The notes: generated by a model not told the origin, from the sequence alone. Positions 15,681 through 29,600 are shown, counted from the stretch's first letter. The stretch: 64,000 nt of DNA from the human T2T-CHM13v2.0 reference genome, Homo sapiens (GCF_009914755.1 NC_060945.1), one strand, 5' to 3'. Numbers and translations are program-made.

Positions 15681-17261
15681 CCGGGCCCCAAGCCTCTCTC
15701 GACTCCAGGAGACATCCAGGGCTGGCTTGCTCATTGCTTCTCCTTAGCATGGTGCGGTGCCCACTCTGGGTGCCGGGGTCCACGTCCCCATCATTATTAT
15801 GGTCAGCATATAGCTGTGACCTTTCTGACATCAATGTGGATGTGCGATAAGTCCATGTTTGCGGGAACCTAAGGAAAGACCCACTTACTCATCATCTATG
15901 AAGGTGTGGGTAGGAGACAAGAGAGCCGTGCAGAGAAACGAGAGTCAGGAAGAGAATGAGGAGCTCTGGGCATGGAGATGGACACCAGGGACCAGTGGGG
16001 AAGCTGAACGGGGCCTGGGCCTCTGCAAAGAGACCTGGCGGGGAGGGGGCAGAAGTGGGGTGCTCACCTGTTGGCATGTCCAGGGCGGGGTGGTGGCAGA
16101 TTCAGGCTGAAGTTCAGGCTGAGCCCTGGAGACCCAGGCAGAGTTGACCCTGCCTCCTGGGGACCAAGGAGCCTTCAGTGAACTGTCACCCCCTACTGCA
16201 GAGCCCAGGACGTGCAGACAACATGTTTTGAATGAATGGAGTGGAAGTCAGGTACAAATATGAGACAAGGGCCTGATGCTGTGTGTAATGCTGGGTCAGA
16301 CCCGTGGGCAGGTGAGCAGTGCTTGCTTAGAGGGGACCTTGGGCCTGGTTTCCCTTGCTCTGTGGTCCTGCTTCTGAGCTGAGTAGCTGTGGACCTATCG
16401 TGGGGAGGAGGAACTCAGAATATGCCCAGCTCAGAGTCTGGGTCTTAGAAGAGAGAAACTGGGGGCGTGGTGCAAGCCCTGAGGGCATTCAGCTGTGTGG
16501 TCCAGGGGAAACCACCATAGCTTTGGGGGGTCAGACTGTGAGGCTCAGAACCAGGCAGCCGGCCCCGCCCGTGTGTTCTACTCCACACACGCCGTGTGAG
16601 TTGCTGTTCATGTGGTCCAGGGCACTGCCTCACCCTGAGCATTTCATCCACTGGACACTGGGTATTTCTCATCGCAGAGGAGCCTGCACAGGCTACAGAG
16701 CACGACCAGACTGAGAGCTCTGAGAGGGGCCCTGGAGGAAAGAATTTGCAGCATGATGTGCCCAGTCCTTAGACCCTCTGTCCCCAGGTGTGTGGCCTGC
16801 AGCATACCTGTGCATTCTGTGGGTCACCGATGTCTCCAAGAAGGGAGCATTTTCTCCGGAACCCAGCAAGGAGCAGCTGATGAAGGCCTGCTGACTGCTT
16901 TTGGCTTTGCGAGTGCTCTTGAAACCCGTGTACTCCCCAGGAGCTCTGGGCAGCTGCTTCGGCTGCAAGAAGCCTTCACTCACAGATATGGATGCGTCCC
17001 AGGGCACCTCACTCCTGCCTTTATTCTTCCAGCCACACGCCAGGGGTCCCCAGGCCACCTCCACTGAGATTAGGCAGTGTGTTTCTATCATGATTCACAC
17101 ATTAGCCATTGTGATATACAATTTTAGCCTTAGAAAAAAGTTGCAAGAATAGTACAAAGAAACGTTTGTACACTTCAACCAATTCATTAATTGTGAGCAT
17201 TTTGTCTCATTTGCTTAATATCCTCTCTCTAGTATAATCTCTATGTATATATCTTTTCTTA

Positions 17262-17525
17262 CATGTATATAGTATCATCTCTGTCCATGTACATATCTTT
17301 TCATATATATGTGTGTATATATGTGCATATACATAGATGTGTATGCAAATATATGTGTGTATGTATGTGTGTATGTAAATATATGTGTGTGTGTGTATAT
17401 ATGTGCATATACATATGTGTGTGTAAATATATGTGTATGTATATGTGTGTTTATATGTGCGGATACATATGTGTATGTAAATATATGTATGTATATGTAT
17501 GTTTGTATATATGTACACACACATA
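17262..17525. repeat. (TA)n/(TG)n low-complexity tract
   Basis: direct inspection. Confidence 0.95.
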
Positions 17526-18525
17526 GATTTTAGGGCAAGAACTATTTAAAGAGGTTGTGGACATCAGGTTTCTTTTCCCAAGTGCTTTGGTGTGTATTGC
17601 TAGGAATAGTCATTCTCTTATATCACTGACATTGTTATATCCTACCCTTGAACCCATCATCCTTATTCAAATAGAATGCCCTTTGCAACCACGTTTTTTC
17701 CGGTTTAGGATCTTTTCTCAAATTCATGCTGTATTTGCCTTCATGATCTTGATGATACTGAGGGAAGGATTATTTTCATTTTCTTTAGTAAAGAAAGTGC
17801 AAAACTAGAACCAACAACATCAAAGTCGCTTTTATTGAAAGGCTTGGAATCCACATCGATGGATCCTTCCCATCGATCAGCAAAATCCAAAAACCTATCT
17901 GCTGGGTGGATCTCCGCATGTGGCTGACCTCCAGGGAGCAGGTGGGCACGGTGGCCTGTTTTCAGGTTTGCAGTGTATGAGGCGACACCATCTGGATACT
18001 GGCCTCCTCCGAGTCTGTCTGACCGAGAAGGCAGCCCCTGGTTCTCCAGTCTTGACTCTGGTTTCAGATGCTGCTCTTGGATTAAAAAGCAGATTTCTGG
18101 CCACGCTCTTTGATCACAAATTTAATTACAAAATTTGCTCTAACCCCAAAGGAATGAAAACTTACCAGCTAAATGAAAGCTGCAAGTTGCTAGATTTTGA
18201 CTTGATCAGCCTGTCTTTCTGTAACCAAATAATCATTCTTTGTCCCGATGCGATGTTGGTCACCCTCAACATCAAAGCCCTTTTGTGGGACGCCTTTATC
18301 TCTCTGAGGGCCTGTGTGGTGCAGATAAGGGGAGTGAGAGGAGATGATGTGATCACCCTTGGCCCTACTCTTACATCCGGAGCCAGCGGTGGGACTTAGA
18401 CCGCAGCATCCTGACCTGACTTCCAGGCTCTGCTTCCAGCGGGAGAGCTTCTCCAGCAGGCTGAAGACACATGCAAAATTAAGATACACTTTCAGGCTGG
18501 CTTTTATGATAAAAACCCCAACTTA

Positions 18526-18886
18526 AAATTTTTTTCCATAAGTTACTGGGGGGCAGGTGGTATTTGGTTACAAGAGTAAGTTCTTTAGTGGTGCTTTGTA
18601 AGACTTCGGAGCATCCATCACCCGTGCAGTATATACTGCACCATGTTTGTAGTATTTTATCCCTCGCCCCCCTCCAACTCTTCCCCCTAAGTCCCCAAAG
18701 GCCATTGTATCATTCTTATGCCTTTGCGTCCTCATAGCTTAGCTCCCACGTATCAGTGAGAACATATGATCTTCGGTTTTCCATTCCTGAGTTACATTAC
18801 ATAGAATAATAGTCTCCAATCTCATCCAGGTCACTGCAAATGCTGTTAATTCATTTCTTTTTATGGCTGCATAGTATTCCATCATT
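18526..18886 (-). mobile_element. L1PB-like 3' end
   Basis: ttccataagttactggg...ggtatttggttaca...; ORF 18739-18984 resembles the L1 ORF2 end. Confidence 0.85.
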
Positions 18887-19790
18887 GTATTATGAAAATT
18901 TTCAAACACACAGAAAAGTGGAAACAATTGTAAAGTAGACACTCTAGGTTCTACAGTTAATATTTGCGGTACTTTATCACACATCTACCCACCCGTTTAT
19001 CTCTCATCCATCAACCCTTGGCATCTTGTGTTTAATGCATTTCAAAGTAACTTGCGGACCTCCATTTGTTTCCCTAAATATTTCACCTGGCGTATCATTA
19101 ATTAGAGCTTCATATTTGTTTACAGTCCTTTTTTGAGGTAAGATTTAGATACAGTGTTATGTGCAAATGCTAAGTGTACATTCATTGAGTTCCAACAAGT
19201 GCATAAACTTCTTTCAAGGCTTAGAACATCCCCAGAACCCTAGAAGTTTCTCTAATGCCCTTTCCAAGCAATACCCCCTTCAATCTTCAGAAGCAAGCAC
19301 TGCTCTTATTTTTTCTTCACCACAGATTTGTTTTGCCTGTTCTAGAACTTTATAGAAATGAAGTCATGTCGTATGTAGTCAGTTCTGTCTGGCTCCTTCC
19401 GTTCAGTGTGTTTTGTGCTATATTCATGTCATTTGTGACGTGCTGAGGATTCATTTCTTTTTGTTAGTGAGTAGTATTCCATTTTAAGAAGATATAATTT
19501 GTTTTTACATTCTCCTCTTAATGGGCTGTTTCTGGGTTTTGGCTATGATTCATAAAACTGGTGTGAACAAATATTTTTGTGGACATAAATTTTCCTTTAT
19601 CTTGAGTAAATATCGGATTGAAATGGTTGGGTCTGGGGTAGGTGTATTTTCGGTTTTATAAGAGACTTCCAGGCCCTTTTCCAGATGGTTGCACCACTTT
19701 ACATCCACCAGCAATGCTTGTGCGTTCCAGTTGCTCCACAGCAGCACCACTAAAGTCTTTTTAAAATGTTAGCGATTCCCGAGTGCAGCA
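18887..19790 (-). mobile_element. Old L1M (L1ME/MC-like) fragments
   Basis: ttgcctgttctagaactttatagaaatg, gtagtattccatt, ttacatccaccagcaatg motifs. Confidence 0.7.
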
Positions 19791-19856
19791 TGTATAACCT
19801 TCCAAAAAATTCAACATCATCTTCCGCTGTGTTTCCATCCATCTGAAGCCTGTTAG

Positions 19857-20381
<525 letters not shown>

Positions 20382-22767
20382 TGAGTTTGTCATTGGATCA
20401 CCTCCCTTGGGAGGAAGTCTTGCCCTGGGGATGTAGGAACAAGAACTAACATGCTCAGTGCCTCCTAACAGCCCCACTTTACCTAGTGTGTCAATTCCCC
20501 ACAGACAAGTAAACTGAGGCCCAGGAAGCATCGTTGCCTGAGGTTGCCGAGTTGATAAGCAAAGGTCTCAGTCCCTGTGGACTCAGAGCCTGGGCTTCTC
20601 CCCTGGGACCCTGCAGCTCCACCGGCAGTTATTCCAATTCTTCCTCAGGTGTTGGAGGCTTGTATGGAAACTCCTTGCTTCTGTCTCTCGCTCAGCCCTT
20701 AGAAAACCTCCAAGAGATGGCCACTCCTGCCTGTGGTGCAGAGAACGCCCAGGCAGAAGACCCTTGGAGGCTCAGACAGAGAACTCACTGCACTTTCAGT
20801 CATCCTGGGCTGGCTCCCCGGCCCCTCTCACGTTCTTTATGGATTTGACCCAAAGTCTTCCAGATGGATGGAGCTGTGGGCACTGAGTCTGGGAATGTCT
20901 CAGCCCACCTTGGCTCCCTTCTCCAGCAGGAGTGGAGGTGTGTGATGTCAAACAGGCCCAGCCTCTCTCTCAGACCCGGTTCTGGGCCCACACAGCCCCT
21001 TCTTCCTGAAAGCAGAGGTGGCAGTAAGAGGATGGCTTTGGCCTTTGAATGTTCTCAAGCGATCCAAGTTCAGAGTATACTGTTGCTGTCCTCTGTCCCT
21101 GAAGCTTCTCTCCTACTCCTTGGACAAACTCACTTCTCCCCTCAGGGACTTCTCTCATGTAGCAGAGTGTACACCTGCTGCCCCAGCAAGGCCTTCACAA
21201 TGATCCAAGCCTGGCCTGTTGCTCCAGCTTCTGGAACCTCCCATGGCCTTCGGTCTACTTGAATGCTCCTGAGGCCAGGTAGCTCATCACTGCCGGAGGA
21301 CCTGTTGCCACTCACTTCTAGCCACAAGAAATGTCTGCCTGTCCTGAGCAAAACCCACCTTGGAGGAACTTCTTTACTCCCTTGTTGAATTTTTGGCTCT
21401 ACCAAATAAACATGAATTGCTTCCCTGTGAAAGACCTCCAAACACTTTCCTCTGCCTGTGTGTTGTTCATCAGTGGTGTAGCCGAATCCAGGGCGAGGAG
21501 GACCTGCATTTTAGCTGGTGTTAACCAGAGTGGAGGGAGGATTAGGAGTGGCCTTTGGGTGGACAGGAGGTATGACAGGCTGCAGATGGTGGACCAAGCC
21601 TTGCTGTGCCCCCGACCCAGCTCGACATGCACACGTGGGTGGTTCTGGCTCCCTGGGTGGGAAGAATGGTGGGGTGGGTGGGCATTGTGAGCCTGGCAAC
21701 CAGACCCCACGGAATAGCAGGGAGGAGGAGGAAGGAGGACGCCCTCCAAGAAACAGTGGAGTGAAACCTTAGTGCCTACTTCACAGCCCATCTGGGGTCT
21801 CTCCCTGCTTGCTTCTGGGCAGAGGGTGTCCATTATACCACAAGCACAACCTTGAAATGTGCTGGAGCAGGAAGTCGCGCAGGACCTCATTCCCCAGGAC
21901 TTTCCATACATGAGGAATGCAGGGCTGAGCAGGTGAGATGCGGCGGTGGGAGGCATGCCGCCTGCTCCCTCTCCTGATTCACTGGGGTTTTGGGCTGCAG
22001 GCAGTCAGAAGGTCTCATTTTGGGGGGTTCTCAGCAATAGATGGGGATACAGTAGGAGGGCAAAGTCACAGAAATTCTCTGCTGGAACTCCAAGACGCAG
22101 GGGCTGGGAACCGTCTGCAGGACCCAGACCCAGAGTTGGACCAGGATTAAAGGTGGTGGGGGGTGTGGGGTGCCGAATGTGAAGAACAGAACGGAAGTGC
22201 AGGAAGACAGCCCGACCTCCAGGAGACACCATCACTCTCGGTGTTTCCCTCCCTGTGTTTCTTTCTTCCAAGAAAGGGTATTTCCAAGAGGACAGATTGG
22301 TTGACCAAAAGGCCATTTTATTTCTACTTTATAAAAATAGATGAAAGGAGACTTGAAATTATTTTGCCTCTTACATCACTGGGTTTGGGTTCTGGAAGTC
22401 CCTGGAGGGTGCGCCTGTAGCCCAGACTTCACAGGTAGACATGGAGGTCATGCAGGTCACATGGCTGGTTGACACCTGTAAAGCTATGATGGCCAAGCAG
22501 AACTTTGCCGGGTATCTCTGGTCCTATTCCCTCCCCCGGGTCATCTGCCTCCCTCCTGGAATTGATTGATTAAGTGCTATCCCTCCATTTCGTCTAATAG
22601 ACCACAGGAAGGATAGGCCAAACAAGAAGGGCCTACTTCAACTTACAAGTCAAGTCACGGTTTCAGAACACCTTATCTCCAACCTCTGTCCTCACCACAA
22701 GCCAGCCCGACAATGTCCTCATCCGATTTTCTCAAAAGAGTTTGGGCGATCTTGAGGGCAAATCCCA

Positions 22768-23190
22768 TTAAATATCTGTACCCAGTCTAGCATCCAGAGT
22801 TGTCAGCGTTCGTGAGCAAACAGATCTCAGAGGCATCAGTGTTCGTGAGCAAACAGATCTCAGAGGCGTCAGCATTCGTGAGCAAACAGATCTCATTCTT
22901 AGTGAGAGTGCTTCTCCTCTGGAAGCTCTTGAGGAGACACCCTCCTTACATCTTCCAGCTGCAGGTGTTACCGGCAAACCGTGGTGCGCCTTGGCTCACA
23001 GCCACATCTCTCCAACCTCTGCCTCCTCGGAGTCCTTTTCTGTCACTTAGAAGGACGCTGTCCCTGGATTCGGGGCAATGCTAGGGCAGGATGATCTCAT
23101 CTCTGACCTTACATCTGCAACAGCCCTTTCCAAATAAGGTCCCATCCTAAGATTCTGGGTGGACATGAATTTTGAGGAGACACCATTCGA
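22768..23190 (-). mobile_element. MLT1 LTR containing a 33-bp x ~3 tandem repeat (22802-22895)
   Basis: acatctgcaacagccctttccaaataaggtc...ggtggacatgaattttg; unit gtcagcgttcgtgagcaaacagatctcagaggc. Confidence 0.75.
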
Positions 23191-24619
23191 ACATATCTTT
23201 GTATCTCTTCCTTCTCAGGGTGTGTCCTACCCCCTCACAGCTTATTCTTTTTCCCTTCAAACACTCTGTTGAGACCCTTACACGAGGCGGTTTCCCCAGA
23301 CACCGCACAGATCTCTCCTCCCTAACGAGTTCCGCAGACTCTCTGGAAGTCTGGCTGGAAATGCTGCTCTCCCTTTTTCCTTCTGGGATGGAAAAACGCT
23401 CCCAATGGCTCCACCAGTCAGTCAGTGAGACGTTCCAAACCGGTCTTTCCACTTGGGCTTCCTCATCTGTTTATCTTTTATTTATACAAGCCTCAAACCA
23501 CTGAACACTGCTTGGTAAACATTCCCTCATTTACTATGCAAATGTTAGCACGGGGGCCCACGCCCGCCCTTCCCCAGGAAAGCCACTGAGTGCTGAATGC
23601 GGATGGACTTTCTTCACATTCTTTGGGGTTTTCGGAAAGGGTATGTTTTTCCTAACGTCACTTCAAATGTATTTCTTAACAAAAACCTCCTAACCTTTGG
23701 AAAATGGAAAAGAAGTTACTCATCTGAAAGGAAACTCCAAGTTTTTAGGACCTCTACCAAACCCCTGAGTGACTGCGGTCACCTCGCCTGCCAGCATGCT
23801 AAGAAGGCATTGTCTTGCCACAGGGCTGGGTTTCTGCCAGCGATTTCTGCAACATGTTATGTCTGGGTTATGTATTTGAATTCCCGGCCAGGATTTTCTG
23901 GTGGGTCTCCCTACCCTCCATGAAAGAGTCCCTGTGCAGTGCCAGCCCTGCATCATGGTTCTTGCAACGACTGAGCATTCTGCACGCCTGGAAATGTGGA
24001 GCAGCCGGGAGGATGAATGGCCGTCAGCTTCTGAGTCCCTCCTCATCTTTACAGTGCAATAGTGAGAGTCTTTTTCTAGGTCAGTGGTTTGTAAAATGGC
24101 CAGCTTTAGAGGGAACCACCACCCTTCTAAGAATTGTAACTATATAATCACATGGCATTTAAATATATTACCAAGACCAAGGGCATCAGAGGGCATCAGT
24201 TTCTCAGCTGGGAGTGACTTCCTCACACTCCTGGATTCCCTTGGCAGGAGGCAGATGAAGAGAGCTGCTGAAAAAGTGACTTTCCTGGTTTGTGATCTCC
24301 ACAGGAAAGAACATGCGACCCGTCTGAGCCTTGAATGTCGGAATGAAGTGTTTTGCTGCTGGTCACGGCTATTCTGGGAAGCACGGCTGTGGGTCTGTGA
24401 GACCATAGAAGAGGTCCTTAAAATAATATGCACGCCCGGGAGTTGGGAGCGATGAGCGGCTGTGGGGAGCCCTCTTCTGCCTGCTGCTTCCTGGTCCTAC
24501 CCTAATGTGTATGTGGGCTGACCCCAGGCCATTCAACAAGCACTTATTGAGTACCTACTGTATGCCAGACATGGGCTGGGCCCCAGGAGGAAGTAGTCTT
24601 AGGTCCTGATTCCTCCTTT

Positions 24620-24937
24620 TGTTTTTGTTTTGTTTTGTTTTTGTTTTCGAGATAGGGCCTGGTTCTGCTGCCCAGGCTGGAGTGCAGTGACCTGAACAAG
24701 GCTCATTGTAGCTTAGACCTCCTGGGCCCAAGTGATCCTCCTGCCTCAGCCTCCCGCATAGCTGGGTCTACAGGCACACACCACCACGCCTGGCAAATTT
24801 TTTCTTTTGTATTGTTTTGTAGAGACAGGGGTCTCACTATGTTGCCCACGCTGATCTCAAGCTCTTGGTGTGAAGTGATCCTCCTGCCTCAGCCTCCTAA
24901 AGCACTGGGATTACAGGCGTGGGTCACCGCGCCAGGC
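24620..24937 (-). mobile_element. AluJ
   Basis: antisense Alu consensus. Confidence 0.92.
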
Positions 24938-25109
24938 CCTGACTCCTCCCTTTGTGCTGCCCATCACCTATCAGGGCAGGGGAGACCTTCACTCACATTG
25001 TCACAGAATAAAGGGACCAATGACCTCAGAGAAGCGACAGCGAAGTGCTGTTTTAGGTGTCGGGAAGTGGGATGGCAGTGGGCCGAGGACTGAAGGGCAG
25101 CAGGGAGGA

Positions 25110-25193
25110 ATGAGAATTTGAATTGGCGCTGAGTGGGATGAGTGTTTGAATTGGCACTGATTGGAATGAGTATTTGGATTGGCGCTGAATGGG
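25110..25193. repeat. 28-bp x3 tandem repeat
   Basis: atgagaatttgaattggcgctgagtggg-like units start at 25110, 25138 and 25166. Confidence 0.85.
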
Positions 25194-26880
25194 TCAATAT
25201 TGGTTCTCCCCTTTTGGGTTGATGCTGATTTGTGGCCCTAGCGTCCCCCAGGCAGGGCCCCAATTGTGTTGCTTGAACTTGGCCTCTGACCCCAGGCTGA
25301 CGTGGACCCTGGGTTTAGCTGCTGCTGCTCGTGGGTTTAGCTGCTGCCGCTCGGCTCTGCTTCTGTTGCATTCTGGTTCTGGTCATCTGCTCAGTGGCTC
25401 AGCCCCTCTGGGGATGGCTCTTGCCATGTTTAGTCCCAGTGTCAGGAGTTTCTGGTCCTGGAGTCAGCCCTGCCACTCCCTGGAGGACCTTCCCGAGGCC
25501 AGCTGCCTAATCCCCAGCCCCGATCCCCTGTCTGTGGCCTTGTGTCGTTGTGATCCACACTGTCCTGCCCACCACGCTGTCACCTGCTTGCCTCAACGCT
25601 GGCCAGCTACTGCTGAACACCCTTGGAAGCCCTGACCTGGCCCAGGCTTAGTGTCCCCTCCCCTGACCATTTGTGGGGACAGCTCCTCCAGCACTGGCCG
25701 GCTCTCGTCGGGGTCCATTGGGGGCCACTTCTAGGCTAGACCCTCACTGCCTGCCTGTCTGTCCCTAGAGACCACCAATGGCAAGGAGTCCATCTGGCCA
25801 GTGGTCCCATGGACAGTGGACCGTGGACAGTGACAGCAGGTTGGACAGTGACTGCGGTGGACATGACACAGCCCTTTCTTGCAGGGAAGGTTGATTTCAG
25901 GGTCACTCTTGCACTTGATCTTCCTAAAGAGGAAGCAAGGAAGCCAGCCTCTCCAAAGCACTGATTGCATCCTGGGGTCTCTGAGCAAGCTGGCTCAGTT
26001 GCCACCTGTGGGCATGCACTATTCTTCCACTTGCAGATTAGATGCCAGGACAAGTGTCTTCCAAAGGCCACCTAGAAAGCAAACGTCAATGAATCTGGGG
26101 TTAGACCTGGCTCTGCAAGGACCCAAAGGTCATGGCAGCCCTCTTCCTCCTCGTCGTCCTCAGCGGTCAGTGGCTTCTGATGTCTCTGTTCCCCAGTCGC
26201 TGCATACTTGTGCCTCAGAGCTGAGCTTCTTATCTACCCTCCACTGACGCTGCCCACTCGGGAAGGAGCCTCCCTTGCTCTGAAGCTGCCACTCAGGTAC
26301 GGAGGCTGGAGGGCCCCATAGGGGACAGACAGGGTGGGTAGGGGAGTGCTGCCTGCCTGGCAGATTCACCCAATGCCAGCATTTCTCATCACAGCACCTC
26401 AGACAAGGCAGCCTGACACTTAACAGCCCTCATTATCTGACCTAAATTCCTGCTGAAATTGAGGTCGGCCTCTTCTGATTCTGCCCCAAGTGATCTGGAG
26501 GCCTCGGTCGGTCACCATGCCCCTGTGAGGGGACACACCCTGTGCACGGAAACTGATGGTGACCGGGGCCACGTTCGCTGGTGCCCTGCCTTGATGCCCA
26601 CTTCTAGAGAGGCAGAGCTCTCAGCACCTACATTGTCCTGGGGGCCGGGCAGGCCGGGACCTGGCGTGTGGCTGGAAGGGTGGAGTGATAGGGCAGTGGA
26701 AATGCATCTTGTGCCCTGTGCTCCGGCGTCCCTGCCCTCTGCATGGGTTCCTGGGTGAGGCCAGCTCCCGGCCCCAGCCTCTCCGGAGGGCCCAACTGAC
26801 CCTTCTCCCTTCAGGCTTCAGTGTTGGTGCCACGGACCCTGTTGTCTGGGCATAATTGGGCGTGGGATTATGTTTAACCT

Positions 26881-27127
26881 ACAGGTGCACACCTGTAGTC
26901 CCAGCTACTCGGGAGGCTGAGGTGGGAGGATTGGTGCCCAGGAGGTCGAGGCTGCAGTGAGCCCAGATCCTGTCATGCACTCCAGCCTGAGTGACAGAGA
27001 GAGACCCTGTCTAAAGAAACAAACAAACAAAAAAACCAGCCAATTAACAAACAAACAAAAAAGCAGTGAGGGTCGGACATGGTGGCTCATGCCTGTAATC
27101 CCAGCACTTTGGGAGGCTGAGGCGGGA
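26881..27127 (+). mobile_element. Alu right arm and tail followed by an Alu 5' end, between 16-bp direct repeats
   Basis: ggattatgtttaacct at 26865-80 and 27128-43. Confidence 0.85.
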
Positions 27128-27169
27128 GGATTATGTTTAACCTGTTTAACATCTTCCCCTTTAGACTCT

Positions 27170-27577
27170 GTGTGAGTCGGCTTGGGCTGGGAACAAAGCA
27201 GTGCAAACTGGGAGCTTAAACAACCGACGTTGATTCCCTCACAGTTCTGGAGGCCGGAAGGTCAAGATCCAGGTGTCTGGACAGAGCCCTCCTGGCCTGT
27301 GCTGGTGTGGGCGGAGGCGGTGGTCCCTGGTGTGCCCTGGCTGCAGCCGCCTCGCTCCCCCTCCACCTCTGTTGTCTCATGGTACTCCCTTCTCCATTCA
27401 TTTGCATCCAAATGTCTCTCTTTTTATAAGGACATATTAGATTTAGGGCCCACCCTACTCCAATTTGACCTCATTTTAACTACACCTGCAAAAATCCTGT
27501 TCCCAAATACAGTCACATTCACCAGTTCGGAGGGGTAGGACTTCAACATATCTTTTTGAGGGACACAATTTAGCCCC
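27170..27577 (-). mobile_element. MLT1B/C-like LTR
   Basis: ctcacagttctggaggccggaag...ggacttcaacatatcttttt. Confidence 0.85.
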
Positions 27578-29044
27578 CAAGAGACTTTAAGGCTTTTGGA
27601 GGCCATGAGCGGGTCCCACTGAGGCCCCAGGCTGGCCTGCAGCAGGCAGGGCCGGCAAATGTGTGTGGAAGGAGTGGGGCAGGGCAGAGGCCGGCTCTCA
27701 GATAGGCAGCTGAAGAAAAACCCGGCACATCCGCGGGGAGTTCGTGCTGGTGTCTTCTCTCTCTCTTTTCCTCTCCTTTCTTATATGTTGGGTTCTTCTC
27801 AAATGTGAATTTTCTGTATCAGCGTCCCGCCTGCCTGCCCATACCCTCCTCCCACCACCCAAGTCTCACTTCCTGTTTTCGGCCTTTCGCCTGAACTGCT
27901 TCAGAAGTTGAAACCCCACAGGGCTGGGCCTGCCCCTGCGAGGCATGTTTTTTTCTGGAAGGAGGAAGCGGCAACGGGTTACAGGCTGGAGGCTGTCCCT
28001 GTGCTCAGATCCCACACACGTCCCCAGCAAGCCCCAGCCCCTGCCCTGCGGGAAGTGGGGTCTTGAACACTGCCCCGTGGGGCTCTCTCAGGGGCAGGTG
28101 AGGCAGCGTCTTCTCGCGCCCTCATTTCCCTCAACTTATCTCCAGGGCAAAATCCTATGCAGTGGCACCCAGTGGCCGGCCCTGACTTTGATCTTGGGTG
28201 CTTTCTTCTCCACCCAAAAGGCTCTGAGGTCATCTCTGTATCAGAAAATCAGCAAGATCTGCAGCTGGACAGTGGGGACTGATGGCCACTGTCATCAGCA
28301 TCATGGTGAGCACTTGAGCTGTGGTTTCCTCAGGACAAATTGGCCTTCCCCACGTGAACTCGCGGCAGGCAGAGAATCTAGGTTGGGACCCTGGACTGCA
28401 CCCGGTGCTGGGCTCCTGGCCTTTTCCCTCTCCGCCCTGCTAAGGCTGCTGTGCCGAGCCCTGGGACCATCCAACAGGGAGAAAGGCCTTGGGACAAAAA
28501 TGACACTTTCTCAACATCACCCACTGTTGAGGTTACAAGAAGCAGAGAGTGTGAGAACGTTTCCAAATGAAAGTGGGGGAAGGATCGCAAAGAAGCAAGT
28601 TAGTTAGGGCTGTGCCCGGCCAGCGCCAGTGCCAACGCCGAGCCGCCTCTGCAGGGGAAACCGAAGCAGATGTGGTGAGATAATACATCCAACCCTGAGT
28701 GCTACTCTAACCTGCCAGAGGCGGAGGGTTCTCAGTGAGATGAAAGCATTACAGATGCGTTAGATCTAAGGGAGGGGCCTGCAGAGGCGCAGCTGGCAGA
28801 GAAACCAGGGAGGGGCTGAACTGTCAGTCGCGACCACCAGGGATCTGAATCAGTTCACCGACAGCCTTGGGGACATTCACCTTGGGCTCCACAACCTGTC
28901 AGAAATGCCCCCAAGCCCAAAGGCGTCGAGAGAATGGCCAGGTTGTTTCAGATTGACACATATCCTAATGTACAAGTCAGCCCACACACCCCACGTGCAC
29001 TGAGCGTCTCTTGTTGTTCACCCCAAATAAACTCTGCCGGAACT

Positions 29045-29117
29045 GGGGCGGGACTCGCAGGGGCGGAGAAGGGGGGAGACGGGCAGAGGGCAGAAGTGGA
29101 TGGTGAGAAGAGCCAAT
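29045..29117 (+). promoter_or_regulatory. GC boxes (29045-52, 29060-66) and CCAAT box (29113-17): candidate distal promoter
   Basis: GGGGCGGG, GGGGCGG and AGCCAATGG motifs in a locally CpG-retaining stretch upstream of the candidate exon. Confidence 0.35.
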
Positions 29118-29160
29118 GGAGGGGCCCCATGAGAGTGAGCAAGGCTGCACCCCTAACCGA

Positions 29161-29600
29161 CGTCCTGGGGCTACTGTACAAACAAAGAACCACAGGCTGG
29201 GAGGCTGAACAACAGACCTGCACTCTCTCGCAGCTCGGAGGCTGCAGGTCTGAAATCGAGGGGCTGACAGCGCTGGTTTCCTCTGGAGGCTGCGAGGGAG
29301 AAACCGTCCCCTGCCTCTCCCAGGCTCTGGGGTGAGCCCTTCCTGGCATCCCGGGCTCATTGTAGATGGATCACTCCAATCTCCATGGCTTCTCAGGGCT
29401 TCCCTCCATGCACCTCAAATCTCTCTCTCCTTCCTTTTGTAAGGATGCCAGTCATTGGATTTAGGTTCACCTTAAATCCAGGATGATCTCATCTAAATTA
29501 CATCTGCAAAAAGACCCTTTTTCCAAGTAAGTTGACATTCACAGGTACCTGGGGTTAGGATTGGACATATCTTTTGCAGGGGTGCAGGGGGCTGCCACTC
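29161..29600 (-). mobile_element. MLT1 (C/D-like) LTR
   Basis: gtaaggatgccagtcattggatttagg...acatctgcaaaaagacc...acattcacaggtacctgggg. Confidence 0.8.
29271..29526 (+). other. UMODL1: Probable non-coding alternative first exon of UMODL1 inside an antisense MLT1 LTR (start approximate)
   Basis: strong donor CCAA|GTAAGT at 29526/27; GC boxes and CCAAT just upstream; splicing to exon 2 would leave Met73 (AAGATGG, 42464) as start. Fits my unverified recollection of upstream-start UMODL1 isoforms. Confidence 0.5.

Noticed and set aside
17855-17877. Hairpin ATCGATGG-N7-CCATCGAT
   Set aside because: An 8-bp stem can arise by chance in 64 kb; no supporting context.
27945-28607. 220-aa ORF
   Set aside because: No recognisable domain or exon structure; expected by chance in GC-rich DNA.
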